Shown here piece after piece: positions 11,115 through 21,413 of a stretch of DNA of 64,000 bases (within the stretch, counting starts at the first letter, position 1; every line of letters begins with the position of its first letter). The notes beneath the pieces are model-generated. The model was given only the letters and a program-made list of their open reading frames with translations. It was not told the origin of the DNA and ran no database searches. Both the position numbers and the translations under genes were made by a program. Origin of the DNA: an uncultured virus (IMG/VR IMGVR_UViG_3300035520_000158) (Duplodnaviria > Heunggongvirae > Uroviricota > Caudoviricetes > Crassvirales); IMG/VR virus record IMGVR_UViG_3300035520_000158; one strand, given 5' to 3'.

Positions 11115-11555
11115 TTACATGAAATAATGTTTTACTTTATTACTATGTTCACAATCTTCATCATTAAACCAATAAACAATAGCTGACTCTATTATCTTAT
11201 GATCTATATTATCTGAAAACCATGTTTTAAACAACTTAACGAAATTATGATACTGAGTATTTATAGCAATATAAATATCTTCACAAGTTACATCATCAGG
11301 TATATAGTCCTTATATTTTTCATGTATCTCTTTAGCCTTTGTCATAGAATATTTTTCACCTATATACTTATTATGATTTTCATAGTGATACATATTAGCT
11401 ACTATCTCTTTTGCTTTATCCTCAGATATATTACAGCATTGTACTTCAAAATATGATTTCTCTTTTACTTCTGTAGCTTCACAATATTCCTCTAAATCTT
11501 TATCAGTAATAATTCCTTTTCTTTTAAGAAGTTTCATTACTAATAGCTCATCCAT
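11115..11555 (-). CDS. Hypothetical protein
   Basis: 146-aa ORF, last gene of the cassette. Confidence 0.6.
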   Translation of the reverse strand: MDELLVMKLLKRKGIITDKDLEEYCEATEVKEKSYFEVQCCNISEDKAKEIVANMYHYENHNKYIGEKYSMTKAKEIHEKYKDYIPDDVTCEDIYIAINTQYHNFVKLFKTWFSDNIDHKIIESAIVYWFNDEDCEHSNKVKHYFM

Positions 11556-11567
11556 AACAATTTAAAT

Positions 11568-11936
11568 TTAAAGTAAGTAAGATTTCAATGATTCAAAATC
11601 AGATTCATCAAACATAATCTTTTTATTTATATAAGGTATTGAAAGTTTAATGTTTCCTCCACCTATTTCAATATCTCCAAATAAATCAGAAGAATATATA
11701 AATGGATCTGTTTTCATAACAGATTCTATCATCTCAGGTAAAATATTTTCAATATCTATATTACCTGTATTATCTGATAGTATTCCCAGTAAACTATTTA
11801 CCTTATAAAAATTGTTATCAACAATTCTACTAATAACAGGTTTTGTAAATCCTATTATAGGATTACTTTTTGCTAGAGTATCTAATTGTTTATGTATATA
11901 CTCCTTTAATTTTGAATTAATTAATGTAGCTTGCAT
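11568..11936 (-). CDS. Hypothetical protein
   Basis: 122-aa ORF, tightly coupled to its neighbours. Confidence 0.6.
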   Translation of the reverse strand: MQATLINSKLKEYIHKQLDTLAKSNPIIGFTKPVISRIVDNNFYKVNSLLGILSDNTGNIDIENILPEMIESVMKTDPFIYSSDLFGDIEIGGGNIKLSIPYINKKIMFDESDFESLKSYLL

Positions 11937-11937
11937 A

Positions 11938-12405
11938 TTAAATTCCTTTCTTTATAAATTCTTCATAAGTTACAGTAGGGTTATTTTTACTATATTCCTT
12001 AAACTTTTTAAATAATTCCATTTCCATATTAGTGTCATTAATTATCTTAGTTTTTAGCTTTCTTATTAGTTTTAATTGCTTCTCTAATAACTCTCTGCCT
12101 CTATCTGTGTTTTCTATTCTTGCTTTAACTAAATTCAAAATTTCAGCTTGAACCATAGTTTGTAATTCATTATAAGTTGAAGCATACTCTTCATCTTGTA
12201 ATAGTTTATTCTTTTGTTCATTACTTAAAGGAATAATTTCTGCATCTATATCATCCCATATTAATTTAGTTTGCTTATTTTGATTCTGTATCTGATTTAA
12301 TCTATTTCTATAGTTTTCCATCATTTGAATCTGAGCGTCTAAATTATCTATAGAATTCATCATAGGATCACTATTTCCTAAGATAACTTGGTTTACCGGG
12401 TACAT
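11938..12405 (-). CDS. Coiled-coil hypothetical protein
   Basis: 155-aa helical ORF. Confidence 0.6.
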   Translation of the reverse strand: MYPVNQVILGNSDPMMNSIDNLDAQIQMMENYRNRLNQIQNQNKQTKLIWDDIDAEIIPLSNEQKNKLLQDEEYASTYNELQTMVQAEILNLVKARIENTDRGRELLEKQLKLIRKLKTKIINDTNMEMELFKKFKEYSKNNPTVTYEEFIKKGI

Positions 12406-12415
12406 AGTTTTAAAT

Positions 12416-13195
12416 TTATCTTGTTACATATACACCATTGCAATTACAATTACATCCTAAAGGATTATAAGTAGTTCTTGCAGTAGCTGTTGTACCTGTA
12501 GTAATATTAGCTACAGATATAGGATAGAAGTTACCATTTAAATAACTTACAATTCTATTATCTGCACAATTTCTTCTTTCAGCTTCAAGAGCTATACCTG
12601 CTTGTGCATTCTGGTTTACACCACAAATCTGCATATCAAGAACTTTAGCTCTCCAAGGTTCTACAGCATCTGCAACAGCTTGCTTAGTTTCTAGCTGTGA
12701 AATTCTATTAGCTAAAGCATCAAAACCATCTCTTTGATTCTTATATAAAGCAAAACTTGTATCATTAAGCTTCATATTTAAACCATCAAAACCATCTCTT
12801 GTAGTTTTATATAGACCAAAATCACCATCTACTTGAGATTTCCAAACACTAAATAATTGACTATCTACTGTTTGTCTATCAGAGAATCTTTGTTCTTGTT
12901 GTGCTAATAATCCTTCATAGAAATTAGTAGTTGCATTCAAATAGTTACTACACCCTTGTTCCCAAGCTTGAAAAGCAGTAGGAGCATTAGTACCATCATT
13001 AGTAGTTCTTCCTGATGCTAAAATATTAACATTTTCAGGCATTGTTACACCAGAACTATTACCAAATAATCCTAAACTTCCTTTACCACTTAAAGCTAAT
13101 AAACCTAGTGCTGTACCTGCAATACCTAAACCAAGACCTGTACCAGCTACACCTTTAGAAGCATATTCCTTCTTTTCTTGTTCAATAACTTCCAT
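12416..13195 (-). CDS. Membrane-associated coiled-coil protein
   Basis: Likely start MEVIEQ at 13195. Gly-rich hydrophobic segment YASKGVAGTGLGLGIAGTALGLL and Cys-rich tail. Promoter TACTTTTG at 13241-13248. Confidence 0.6.
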   Translation of the reverse strand: MEVIEQEKKEYASKGVAGTGLGLGIAGTALGLLALSGKGSLGLFGNSSGVTMPENVNILASGRTTNDGTNAPTAFQAWEQGCSNYLNATTNFYEGLLAQQEQRFSDRQTVDSQLFSVWKSQVDGDFGLYKTTRDGFDGLNMKLNDTSFALYKNQRDGFDALANRISQLETKQAVADAVEPWRAKVLDMQICGVNQNAQAGIALEAERRNCADNRIVSYLNGNFYPISVANITTGTTATARTTYNPLGCNCNCNGVYVTR

Positions 13196-13305
13196 AAAAA
13201 TAAAATTTAGCAATTCATAAATATTTGTAAGCTTACAGCACAAAAGTATATAATTTAAATGTAATTACCTAACATTACTAAATATGCTCTTATAGGCATA
13301 TAAAA

Positions 13306-13341
13306 CAAAAGAGAGCTAGTAAAATGTTACTAACTCTCTTT
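13306..13341 (-). terminator. Intrinsic terminator after the lysis genes
   Basis: aaaagagagctagtaa/ttactaactctcttt with a U-run on the minus strand. Confidence 0.65.
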
Positions 13342-13345
13342 GGGA

Positions 13346-13807
13346 TTACTCAATAGTAATTGTAATATCTTCATTAAGATTTTTAGCTTTATATAATTCA
13401 GTCATTAAAGATTTAAAAGTATTAACACTTTCTGTAATTGTTCCTACTTTACTATCTTTACCTACTAATATACAACCTAAAGTATCTTTAGCAGTATTTC
13501 CAGGATGTATTAAAACACCTTCAAAGCCTTTTACATTAAGTAGTCTAGGGACTTTACCACCATAAGGTAATGCCCAAGATCTGCTACCAAATTTAGAACT
13601 TACAGTGTTTAAATCTATTTTATAAGTACCCTTCGGTATAGCTGTTTCCCCATATATTTTCTTGGAAGATATTTCACTAACAGACATTGCATCTAATAAC
13701 CCTCTATCTACATCTTCCAAAGTATTTGAGAATAATGTACCATTAATATAAAGATTACCTATAGTACAATTACTTCTCATCTGATTTCTCTTCAGTAGTA
13801 GTTTCAT
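13346..13807 (-). CDS. Putative endolysin (DUF5675-like)
   Basis: TIGNLYING...TLED...TAIPKGTY...GVLIHPGNTAKDTLGCILVG. Adjacent to holin- and spanin-like genes. Confidence 0.7.
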   Translation of the reverse strand: MKLLLKRNQMRSNCTIGNLYINGTLFSNTLEDVDRGLLDAMSVSEISSKKIYGETAIPKGTYKIDLNTVSSKFGSRSWALPYGGKVPRLLNVKGFEGVLIHPGNTAKDTLGCILVGKDSKVGTITESVNTFKSLMTELYKAKNLNEDITITIE

Positions 13808-14141
13808 TTTTAGTTGGTAGTTTAGAAAATAAATTTAAATCCCTTTGTCTATATTCACAAGCTAAATTGACACAAATAGAATTTAGCAAGTTGAACATCT
13901 GTGATCTTAGATCAGATACTTCTTTTTCAAGAGCATCATTTCTTTTAGTAAGTTCATTAAGTCTTTCCTTATTATCATCAGAAAGCTTCTTATAAAAATC
14001 TAAAGCGTCCTTCATATTAGCAATTACTTTGCTGTCCACTTCACTATTATATTTTTTCCTAGCAAATAACCATCCACCGGTACTTCCTACAATAGCTGAA
14101 ATTATACTAGCCAATCCCGTAATTAACACATCAAAATTCAT
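13770..14141 (-). CDS. Putative holin or inner-membrane spanin-like protein
   Basis: N-terminal TM helix followed by a coiled coil. Confidence 0.5.
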   Translation of the reverse strand: MNFDVLITGLASIISAIVGSTGGWLFARKKYNSEVDSKVIANMKDALDFYKKLSDDNKERLNELTKRNDALEKEVSDLRSQMFNLLNSICVNLACEYRQRDLNLFSKLPTKNETTTEEKSDEK

Positions 14142-14512
14142 TTCTTTACAAATTTATATATTATCAATATAACAAACAAAGCTCCTAAAACCATTAAGGT
14201 TTTTTGCCAATAGTATAATTTATTAATAGTAACTGTTTCTGTAACAGTATTTGTAACAACAACCGGAATACTATCTACTATGGTAATAGTATCCTTCTTC
14301 TGTGATTTAGCAGATTCACTTCTATATTTCTCTACATACACAGTATCACCTTTGTTATAAATTATGACACTATCTCTTACATATACAGTATCACTTTGTA
14401 TAGAGTTCCTGTATTCTGTTTTCACAGTTTCTACAGGAACTTCTATATACTTAGTGGTAGCTGCACAAGAGCTTAGTAACATAATCATTAATCCATAAAT
14501 TAAAGATTTCAT
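14138..14512 (-). CDS. Putative spanin lipoprotein
   Basis: Lipobox LLSSC, beta-rich DTV repeats and a C-terminal TM helix. Confidence 0.6.
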   Translation of the reverse strand: MKSLIYGLMIMLLSSCAATTKYIEVPVETVKTEYRNSIQSDTVYVRDSVIIYNKGDTVYVEKYRSESAKSQKKDTITIVDSIPVVVTNTVTETVTINKLYYWQKTLMVLGALFVILIIYKFVKK

Positions 14513-16914
14513 GATTTACTAACTTTTGATTTATTTATTTGTAATCTTTTGAGTTCAGCATCTGTTTTAGCTTTACTCTTATCAAATTCCAATCTTTGTT
14601 GATTAAGTTTATGAGTAGCATCAAATTCTCTTATCTTCTCTAATAAATTAGCTTTAGATTCTTCAGAATATTCAGGTTCTTCTATACCATCATTGAGTTT
14701 AGCAGAAGCATTTATTTGAGCTATAAGAATCTTAGCTTCATTATTAGTGGTATTCATATTTTCTTCGTGCTCCATCTTAGCTTGTTCCATTTCAGCATTT
14801 TGCTGTAGTTGCTGCTGTTCAGCTTCCATTTGCTGTTGCTGTTGTTGCTGAGATCTTTCCATAGCAGCTTGCTCTTCTTTTTCAACAAGTCTATATTTTT
14901 CAGATAAGCTTCTAGAACTATAAAGTTTCATTACAGTAGAGAAGGTAAGTAAATTATTTTGAATACCTGCTTGTGCCAATGAATCAAGTTTTTGATTAAG
15001 CTCATTAGCAGTATTACTATTATCTACTACAAGACCATAATCACATTCAGCAAATTCATCACCATCTATTGTCATTATTTTTTCAGAGGCATCTGATAAT
15101 ATATAAGTAAACTTTTTACTTTTACCTCTTAAAGCTATTTTAGCTGTTTCTAGAAAAACTTCTAAAGCTCTCTTTTTAACATCATCATGCCTTGTAAATA
15201 ACCATTTAGTAATATAAGAAGATTGTAATGTAGCTCTTTCTACACCACCTACAGTTTCTCTATTACTAATTTGACCTTCTCTTTGTTTAGTAATACCTAC
15301 ACATTCAGAAGCTTCAAGTTTAATAAATTCCAATAAGTTAATATATTGTTGAATATTATTACCCCAATCAGCATCTATAACACCTGATGTATTATTATTA
15401 AGACCTCCTACAAGTTTACCTGAAGCTGCACCACTACCTTCTTTAAAGCTATCTATTACTGCAATATTATTAGTTTTAGCATAATAGAACCATTTATCTA
15501 TATCCCATCCTTTAGGAACCTTAGCTAAGTCTAACTGAATTATTTTTCCCCAATTTTTAGCTAATAGTTTATTTAATCTATCATGAACAACATCATATAG
15601 ATAATTAAAAGGTTTTAGCATATCAACTAAAGAAAAAGGCTTATCTTCATTTATATTATAAATAGATCCTACTATACCAAAATGACATCTTGAAGGGTTA
15701 CTCATTCTGTTATATTGAATAACTCTAGGTCTCATATTTACATAAATATCAGAACCTATTTTAGTACCTTCCCATGCTTCATTTATATAAAAGGATGTAA
15801 CTTCTTCTTCTCCTAATGTAATATCAGGTATATAGTTTTCAGGATAAAATGTAAATATTTCTTCTCCTGTTTGTGGATCATAAGATTTAATCTTTTTTAT
15901 TTTTCTTTTAGACTTCCAATATACTCTAAGAACTCTTACATTACCATATAAATCATTAGGCATTCTATTATTATATAATCCATCTATAGTATTTAAAGGA
16001 TCTAAAAAGAAACCCTCTTGAGAAGTTAATTCATCTCCAGAAATATCCATATTGACAAATCCATATCTTTCATCAATATTACTTCTAGAATCTTTATTAG
16101 CTGCTCCTATATGATCAGGTAATTTTTCAAGATAATCAAAATCTTTAGGTTTTAGATATTCACCGTATACATCTATAACTTTACCAGGACTCCAGTAATC
16201 TTCTATAACTATTACATCAGCATCTTCAATTTTATTAGAATATCCTGATTTAAATACTCTTACTTTTAATGGATCCAATCTTTCAATTACAGGTTCACCT
16301 CCTATAATATCACATTGATATATTTCTTCACCACATATCATTCCATCCATGAATCCATCATTAAACAGAGCATTAAAGTTATACTCTCTATTATAATGAT
16401 TTATTAAAGCATTTGCTCTAATCTCTCTGTAATCTTGATACTCATAATTATAATAATATCCTATTCTTTCTAAAGCTTGTTGAGACTCTTCTTCAGATAA
16501 TTCCATATTACTTGCCCATTCCTGTGCTCTTTGTAGCATTTCTTCTTTCTTTAATGCTTCTATAGAAGATACTGCTTCAGGATTTGTTATAATTACTCTA
16601 TAATCAAATATTCTTTCAGATTCTTCACCTTTTAATATGTTAACTTTTGAATTAATAATAGGATAATGCTGAATTTTATCTGGAATATAATTAGCTTGAA
16701 TATTTTCAGGATTTAGAATAAGTTCTATATCTTTCATGTGTAATTTACCAGCAACTAAATCATAATTTATCTTCTTGTGAATTACACTTTTTCTTACTAA
16801 ACTATAATTGAATAAAGATTTAGAGTCAGCCCAATCCAAATGTTTCTTTCTCCATGATACAGTCTTTTTTGTAAAAGGTAACTGTTGAGGAGGAAATTGT
16901 ATAAACTCACTCAT
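14509..16914 (-). CDS. Portal protein
   Basis: 801 aa, directly after terminase. HYPIINSK, GITKQREGQISNRETVGGVER and a Q-rich coiled-coil tail. Confidence 0.85.
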   Translation of the reverse strand: MSEFIQFPPQQLPFTKKTVSWRKKHLDWADSKSLFNYSLVRKSVIHKKINYDLVAGKLHMKDIELILNPENIQANYIPDKIQHYPIINSKVNILKGEESERIFDYRVIITNPEAVSSIEALKKEEMLQRAQEWASNMELSEEESQQALERIGYYYNYEYQDYREIRANALINHYNREYNFNALFNDGFMDGMICGEEIYQCDIIGGEPVIERLDPLKVRVFKSGYSNKIEDADVIVIEDYWSPGKVIDVYGEYLKPKDFDYLEKLPDHIGAANKDSRSNIDERYGFVNMDISGDELTSQEGFFLDPLNTIDGLYNNRMPNDLYGNVRVLRVYWKSKRKIKKIKSYDPQTGEEIFTFYPENYIPDITLGEEEVTSFYINEAWEGTKIGSDIYVNMRPRVIQYNRMSNPSRCHFGIVGSIYNINEDKPFSLVDMLKPFNYLYDVVHDRLNKLLAKNWGKIIQLDLAKVPKGWDIDKWFYYAKTNNIAVIDSFKEGSGAASGKLVGGLNNNTSGVIDADWGNNIQQYINLLEFIKLEASECVGITKQREGQISNRETVGGVERATLQSSYITKWLFTRHDDVKKRALEVFLETAKIALRGKSKKFTYILSDASEKIMTIDGDEFAECDYGLVVDNSNTANELNQKLDSLAQAGIQNNLLTFSTVMKLYSSRSLSEKYRLVEKEEQAAMERSQQQQQQQMEAEQQQLQQNAEMEQAKMEHEENMNTTNNEAKILIAQINASAKLNDGIEEPEYSEESKANLLEKIREFDATHKLNQQRLEFDKSKAKTDAELKRLQINKSKVSKS

Positions 16915-16972
16915 TTTGTTATATTTTAATTATATACAAATATAATTGTAATATTTTGTATATACAACCGTA

Positions 16973-19900
16973 TTAATAATTTAATTGATTACTATAAATA
17001 TTTTTATTAAATCTGTTATCATAATTTCTGCTGAAGTAATCATCATTTCCAAGATAAGAATTATCTACTTTTTCCTGCTCTTCTTTATTTAAAGAATTAC
17101 CATACATAATAATTTTTTCCTCTCTTTTAAGCATTACCATACCTAATGCTCTAATTCTATCTACATTTAACTCAGGATTAAAAGCTATAAGCTCCTCTAT
17201 TAAAGCTCTATTTTTTAAGAAAGTTAATTGAGGGACTCTATGTTCTTCACCATTTTCTTCAACAGTTACTAATTTTAATAACCAATCTCTAATTAAGCTA
17301 TTAGCAAACATATTTATAGCCGCAGAAGCATTTACACCATAAGCACTTGAACCAAAGCTACTATACTTAATAAGATTCTTATCTCTTAAATATTCAGGAG
17401 CTTCTGATAAATATCTTAAAGATTGCATCTTCTTAAAATAAGCATAGCATCCTTTTTTATTGTTTTCATATAGGCATACAGCATTATAGAAGATACATAA
17501 TAATCTAAGTATTTCAAAATTATCATCTGCAAAAGGTTGTCTTCCTGTATATTCAGCTACTATTTTATCTGTATATAAATCAAATACTATAGTAGAAGAT
17601 AAAGATGTAGATTCAGCTTGATCATTATCTACAGGATCATGTCCTACAATATACCGGTTTTCAAATACTTCACCATTCTTATTTTTCTCTGGCATTTCAT
17701 AAATTTCAATAGCACCTACAGTAGAATTACTTACACCATATTGTCTAATAGGTGTATCATTAGAAGGTTTAAATTCTACTTCATTATTTTTATTCAATAC
17801 TAAATTACCAATATAAGTATCATCATAGAAATTAGGATTACTATCTATCTGTGCTAATCTTTCAGTAAGAGCTACAGTAGGGAAATAAGTTGTTTTAACT
17901 TGGATAATAGCTTCAGCAGGAGTAATAGGCATCTCTGCAATTACTCTTAATAAAGATTTTGGATCAGCTGAATATTTAGCTCTATATCTATTCATTAATA
18001 TTTGAATAAGAGCTTTTATAACATCTGATACTCCATCTTTATTATAACATCCTTTTCTATTTATATAAGAAGGAAAGAAGAAGCCAAATGTAGGTTTACC
18101 TTGATTAGGTTTATCATATACATTAACTACCTCTTGTATATTATAACCTTTAGGATTATATAATAAAGTTTTAGCTGATGTAAAATCAGACTCTTCTTGA
18201 GCAGCAGTACCTACAAGATATATTAAACCAAATGTATAATCACCTTCCTCTACACCATATCTAATAACATCATATATACTTAATAGATTAGGAAATGAAC
18301 CCATTTCTTCAATAAGTATATAACCACGTTTACCTCTTAATTTACCTTCATCATCTTTTGAAGATACTCCCATTACAGTATTTAAAGAACCTTTATCTCT
18401 TTGATACTCATCTTTATAGCCCATTTGCCAAAGCATTGTATTAGGAGAATTTCTAAGCATTAACCTGGGAAATGGTGTATATTCTCTACAATGATTTAAC
18501 ATAGGTGTAAACTTTGATAATGTACCATCCTTATCTGCTAAGAATTCTTTTTGATATGCAGTAAGAATAGTAGTAACTCTCTTTACAACTTCTTCATTTT
18601 CTCCTAATAATAAATTATGAGTCATCATTGAAGCTAAGCTAAATGACTTAGAACAATTATGAGTCTGAATAAAATCTCCTATCAAATATGAATTATCCTC
18701 AGCATCTACTGTTACACACTTACATCTTTGCTTTCCTACATATTCTATATTAACAATACATGATTTTTTATATCTTGAAATCTTTTTAACTTCTTCAATA
18801 TTAACTAAATTCTTTTTTCTTTGTAAGTTAAACAATTCTTCCCCACCATATATTTGAATAGAATATACATCTAGACATTGCTTATAACCTTCTTTAGAAA
18901 CATATCCTGCTTTTTGTTTAGTATAAAAACAGTTATACCCTAAGCTTCTAGCTATTTCTATTACATCATTTTTAAGATGCTCTGATGTAGTACTTAATGT
19001 AGGAACTTTACCATGTATATGACCATCTGCATCTAATAATCCTTTAAGAACATTTAATCTAATATCTCTATTATTATATTTATATAAATCTGGAATAAAT
19101 TTATCTTCTGACTTTTTCATCCATAATCCACATTCATATAAATACTCAATATTTGTTTTTATAGCATAAGTATAATCATCATTAGATACTTTATAAATCT
19201 CATAAGGAATATACTTTTTATAAGTTTCTATATCTTCTTTAGATGATGAAAATATAACTTGATTTTTATATTCAGGAGTTCTAAAACATCCATCTCCTAA
19301 TAAAAAGCCTAAAGTATAAGAATCAATAGGTATTAGTTTAGAATTAAATGACACTCCATCATTTTTAGGTATAAAGTAAACATACTCTACTCCACTAGGT
19401 ACTCTATAATAGGGCTGTCTAAATAACTTATATTTATCTTTTAAATATAAAGTATTTACAAGCATTTGTTTATTACTATTTTTTCTTACTATATTCCATA
19501 GATGATCATCTGAAGCATATACTTCTCTACCATCCCTTAAAGTAATTTTATAAATGTCTGCTATAGCATCAAAAGGTATATCAATAACTTTTGTAATGTT
19601 ATTATGAGTACCATATAAAGAATCTCCTACTTTTATATCTCCCCATTCTTTTATACCATTTGGTGTATATACTTTTTGATAATAGGGATGCGCACCTCTT
19701 CTGGCTAATTCTATAGCATGATGACCATTATTTCTAGCTTGCTCTAAGTAATGAAATCTCCAATAAATACCTTCCCAAAATTCAGGTAAATCTGATACAC
19801 GTACAGCTTTTTTAGAACCTTCTTGAATTATATTCAACATAATAGGACTATAATTCAAATAGAAGTACATATATCCTGTAACCCATTCACCATCAGATTC

Positions 19901-20251
19901 TCTTACATAGCCTTCTCTACATCTTCTAATTTCTTCATCCCAGAATTTTCTATATTCACTATTAGGATTTGAATTAGGTCTTAAAAATGTATAGCAACCA
20001 TTCTTTTGAAAAAATAATCCTGTTTTTCTAAAATAATCCATATCAGTAAGAATATGTGGATTAGTTATATCCACAATAATTCTCCCTTTTGAATCCCTAG
20101 GTAAATCTTTTGCATAGGGTCTATTAGGAGAAACTAGCCTTTTGACAAACTCTACACTATTAAGAATTTCTAATAGTTGTTCTTGTACTTCTTCTGGAAG
20201 GAGCTTTAAAAGAGCATCATTCAGAGGTGTCTGAAATTTGTTGAACTCCAT
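16973..20251 (-). CDS. terL: Terminase large subunit with intein (746 aa after splicing)
   Basis: Walker A ARRG|CSKS split by the intein, Walker B ILIEEMG, nuclease motif IVGHDPVD. Confidence 0.9.
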   Translation of the reverse strand: MEFNKFQTPLNDALLKLLPEEVQEQLLEILNSVEFVKRLVSPNRPYAKDLPRDSKGRIIVDITNPHILTDMDYFRKTGLFFQKNGCYTFLRPNSNPNSEYRKFWDEEIRRCREGYVRESDGEWVTGYMYFYLNYSPIMLNIIQEGSKKAVRVSDLPEFWEGIYWRFHYLEQARNNGHHAIELARRGAHPYYQKVYTPNGIKEWGDIKVGDSLYGTHNNITKVIDIPFDAIADIYKITLRDGREVYASDDHLWNIVRKNSNKQMLVNTLYLKDKYKLFRQPYYRVPSGVEYVYFIPKNDGVSFNSKLIPIDSYTLGFLLGDGCFRTPEYKNQVIFSSSKEDIETYKKYIPYEIYKVSNDDYTYAIKTNIEYLYECGLWMKKSEDKFIPDLYKYNNRDIRLNVLKGLLDADGHIHGKVPTLSTTSEHLKNDVIEIARSLGYNCFYTKQKAGYVSKEGYKQCLDVYSIQIYGGEELFNLQRKKNLVNIEEVKKISRYKKSCIVNIEYVGKQRCKCVTVDAEDNSYLIGDFIQTHNCSKSFSLASMMTHNLLLGENEEVVKRVTTILTAYQKEFLADKDGTLSKFTPMLNHCREYTPFPRLMLRNSPNTMLWQMGYKDEYQRDKGSLNTVMGVSSKDDEGKLRGKRGYILIEEMGSFPNLLSIYDVIRYGVEEGDYTFGLIYLVGTAAQEESDFTSAKTLLYNPKGYNIQEVVNVYDKPNQGKPTFGFFFPSYINRKGCYNKDGVSDVIKALIQILMNRYRAKYSADPKSLLRVIAEMPITPAEAIIQVKTTYFPTVALTERLAQIDSNPNFYDDTYIGNLVLNKNNEVEFKPSNDTPIRQYGVSNSTVGAIEIYEMPEKNKNGEVFENRYIVGHDPVDNDQAESTSLSSTIVFDLYTDKIVAEYTGRQPFADDNFEILRLLCIFYNAVCLYENNKKGCYAYFKKMQSLRYLSEAPEYLRDKNLIKYSSFGSSAYGVNASAAINMFANSLIRDWLLKLVTVEENGEEHRVPQLTFLKNRALIEELIAFNPELNVDRIRALGMVMLKREEKIIMYGNSLNKEEQEKVDNSYLGNDDYFSRNYDNRFNKNIYSNQLNY
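18656..19693 (-). mobile_element. Intein (346 aa) with LAGLIDADG endonuclease
   Basis: Starts AHPYYQKVYTP, ends IQTHN followed by Cys+1. LGFLLGDG and LKGLLDADG motifs. Confidence 0.9.
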
Positions 20252-20498
20252 TATTATTTAATTTTTCTATTAGACTTGTTATAAATAATATATCACTTTT
20301 TAAATGTGCACTATCATTATTTCTATCCATATTTGAAAATTCAAAAAACAGCTTAGATTTATGATCTGTTATCAAATGAATTTTATAATGATAATTGCAA
20401 TAAGCTTTAATAGTTCTATGAACTTCTGAATATGTTCTAAGAACTAAATGAATTTTATAAGCTTTACTTATACCTTTAACTACATCTGTAAGTTCCAT
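20217..20498 (-). CDS. Hypothetical protein
   Basis: 93-aa ORF overlapping the terL start. Confidence 0.55.
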   Translation of the reverse strand: MELTDVVKGISKAYKIHLVLRTYSEVHRTIKAYCNYHYKIHLITDHKSKLFFEFSNMDRNNDSAHLKSDILFITSLIEKLNNNGVQQISDTSE

Positions 20499-20500
20499 AA

Positions 20501-21043
20501 TTATACATCTTCATACATTGATTTTTCTTGTGTACCTCTTATTTTATCATTTTGCATAATTTCACTAGTAATAGCTCTTTCAGCTTCTTCCAAATCCTTT
20601 ACTAATGCAGGGATTTGCTTAATAGTAGATGTAATAACATTAAGAGTATATATAGGTTTACCTTTATCATCTGTAGCATTTAAATCTATATCTCTTAATT
20701 GTTTTCTTAATTTATCTACTGCTGATCTAGTATCCTCTAGTAATAATGCTGATGTAGGAGTAAAGCTCTTATAGAATTTCATAGCAGCTTCTACTAGAGC
20801 ATCAGGTTTCCAATTAGGTTCCATACCTTCTCCTTCTATAATAGATTTCATTCTAGAATCTTCATCAGTAAGATACTGATAATCACTTCTAGGATCACAA
20901 AAGAAATAAACAAAACCAAGCTCTATTAAAGCCCTATCTTTATTTCTTGATTTATCTCTTTGCCATATATCTTTAAAAGGCTTTAATACTAAAGCCTCTT
21001 CTGATATAGTGATTTTATAACCTTCATATTTAAATAGTTTCAT
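20501..21043 (-). CDS. Conserved protein near terL (possible small terminase)
   Basis: 180-aa helical protein; function inferred from position only. Confidence 0.45.
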   Translation of the reverse strand: MKLFKYEGYKITISEEALVLKPFKDIWQRDKSRNKDRALIELGFVYFFCDPRSDYQYLTDEDSRMKSIIEGEGMEPNWKPDALVEAAMKFYKSFTPTSALLLEDTRSAVDKLRKQLRDIDLNATDDKGKPIYTLNVITSTIKQIPALVKDLEEAERAITSEIMQNDKIRGTQEKSMYEDV

Positions 21044-21360
21044 TGCTTAAATAATTTAGAATGTAATATTTTATATAAACATCTAGCTAGCCATTCTATT
21101 AATGGTTCATCATTATTAGAATTTAAATATTGTCCTGTATTCATTATAGCATGAAATAATTCATGATATAATGTAAGTTCCATTTCATTTTTAGGCTGAG
21201 GATTACCATTTACATTTCTAGCTACCAGTATCAGTTTTTTAGCTGAATCACAAGTACCAAATAAATGTCCTCCTTCATTATCTGGATCTTCTATAGTATC
21301 TACTATTTTAATAGTATAAGTAGTACCATAAAATTCTATCTTTGTATCTTTAAGTTCCAT
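21040..21360 (-). CDS. Small HEXXH metallopeptidase-like protein
   Basis: TLYHELFHA with a downstream Glu (DEPLIE). Confidence 0.65.
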   Translation of the reverse strand: MELKDTKIEFYGTTYTIKIVDTIEDPDNEGGHLFGTCDSAKKLILVARNVNGNPQPKNEMELTLYHELFHAIMNTGQYLNSNNDEPLIEWLARCLYKILHSKLFKQ

Positions 21361-21372
21361 AATACTATTATT

Positions 21373-21409
21373 AAAAAAGCCTAGCCTAAAATTAATTAGA
21401 CTAGGCTTA
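21373..21409 (-). terminator. Intrinsic terminator
   Basis: aagcctagcctaa/ttagactaggctt plus a U6 run on the minus strand. Confidence 0.7.
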
Positions 21410-21413
21410 TGTT

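Noticed and set aside
842..20774. Plus-strand ORFs in the structural arm (842, 1214, 3986, 7006, 8382, 9055, 10631, 11247, 11812, 17618, 20448)
   Set aside because: Antisense shadows of well-supported minus-strand genes.
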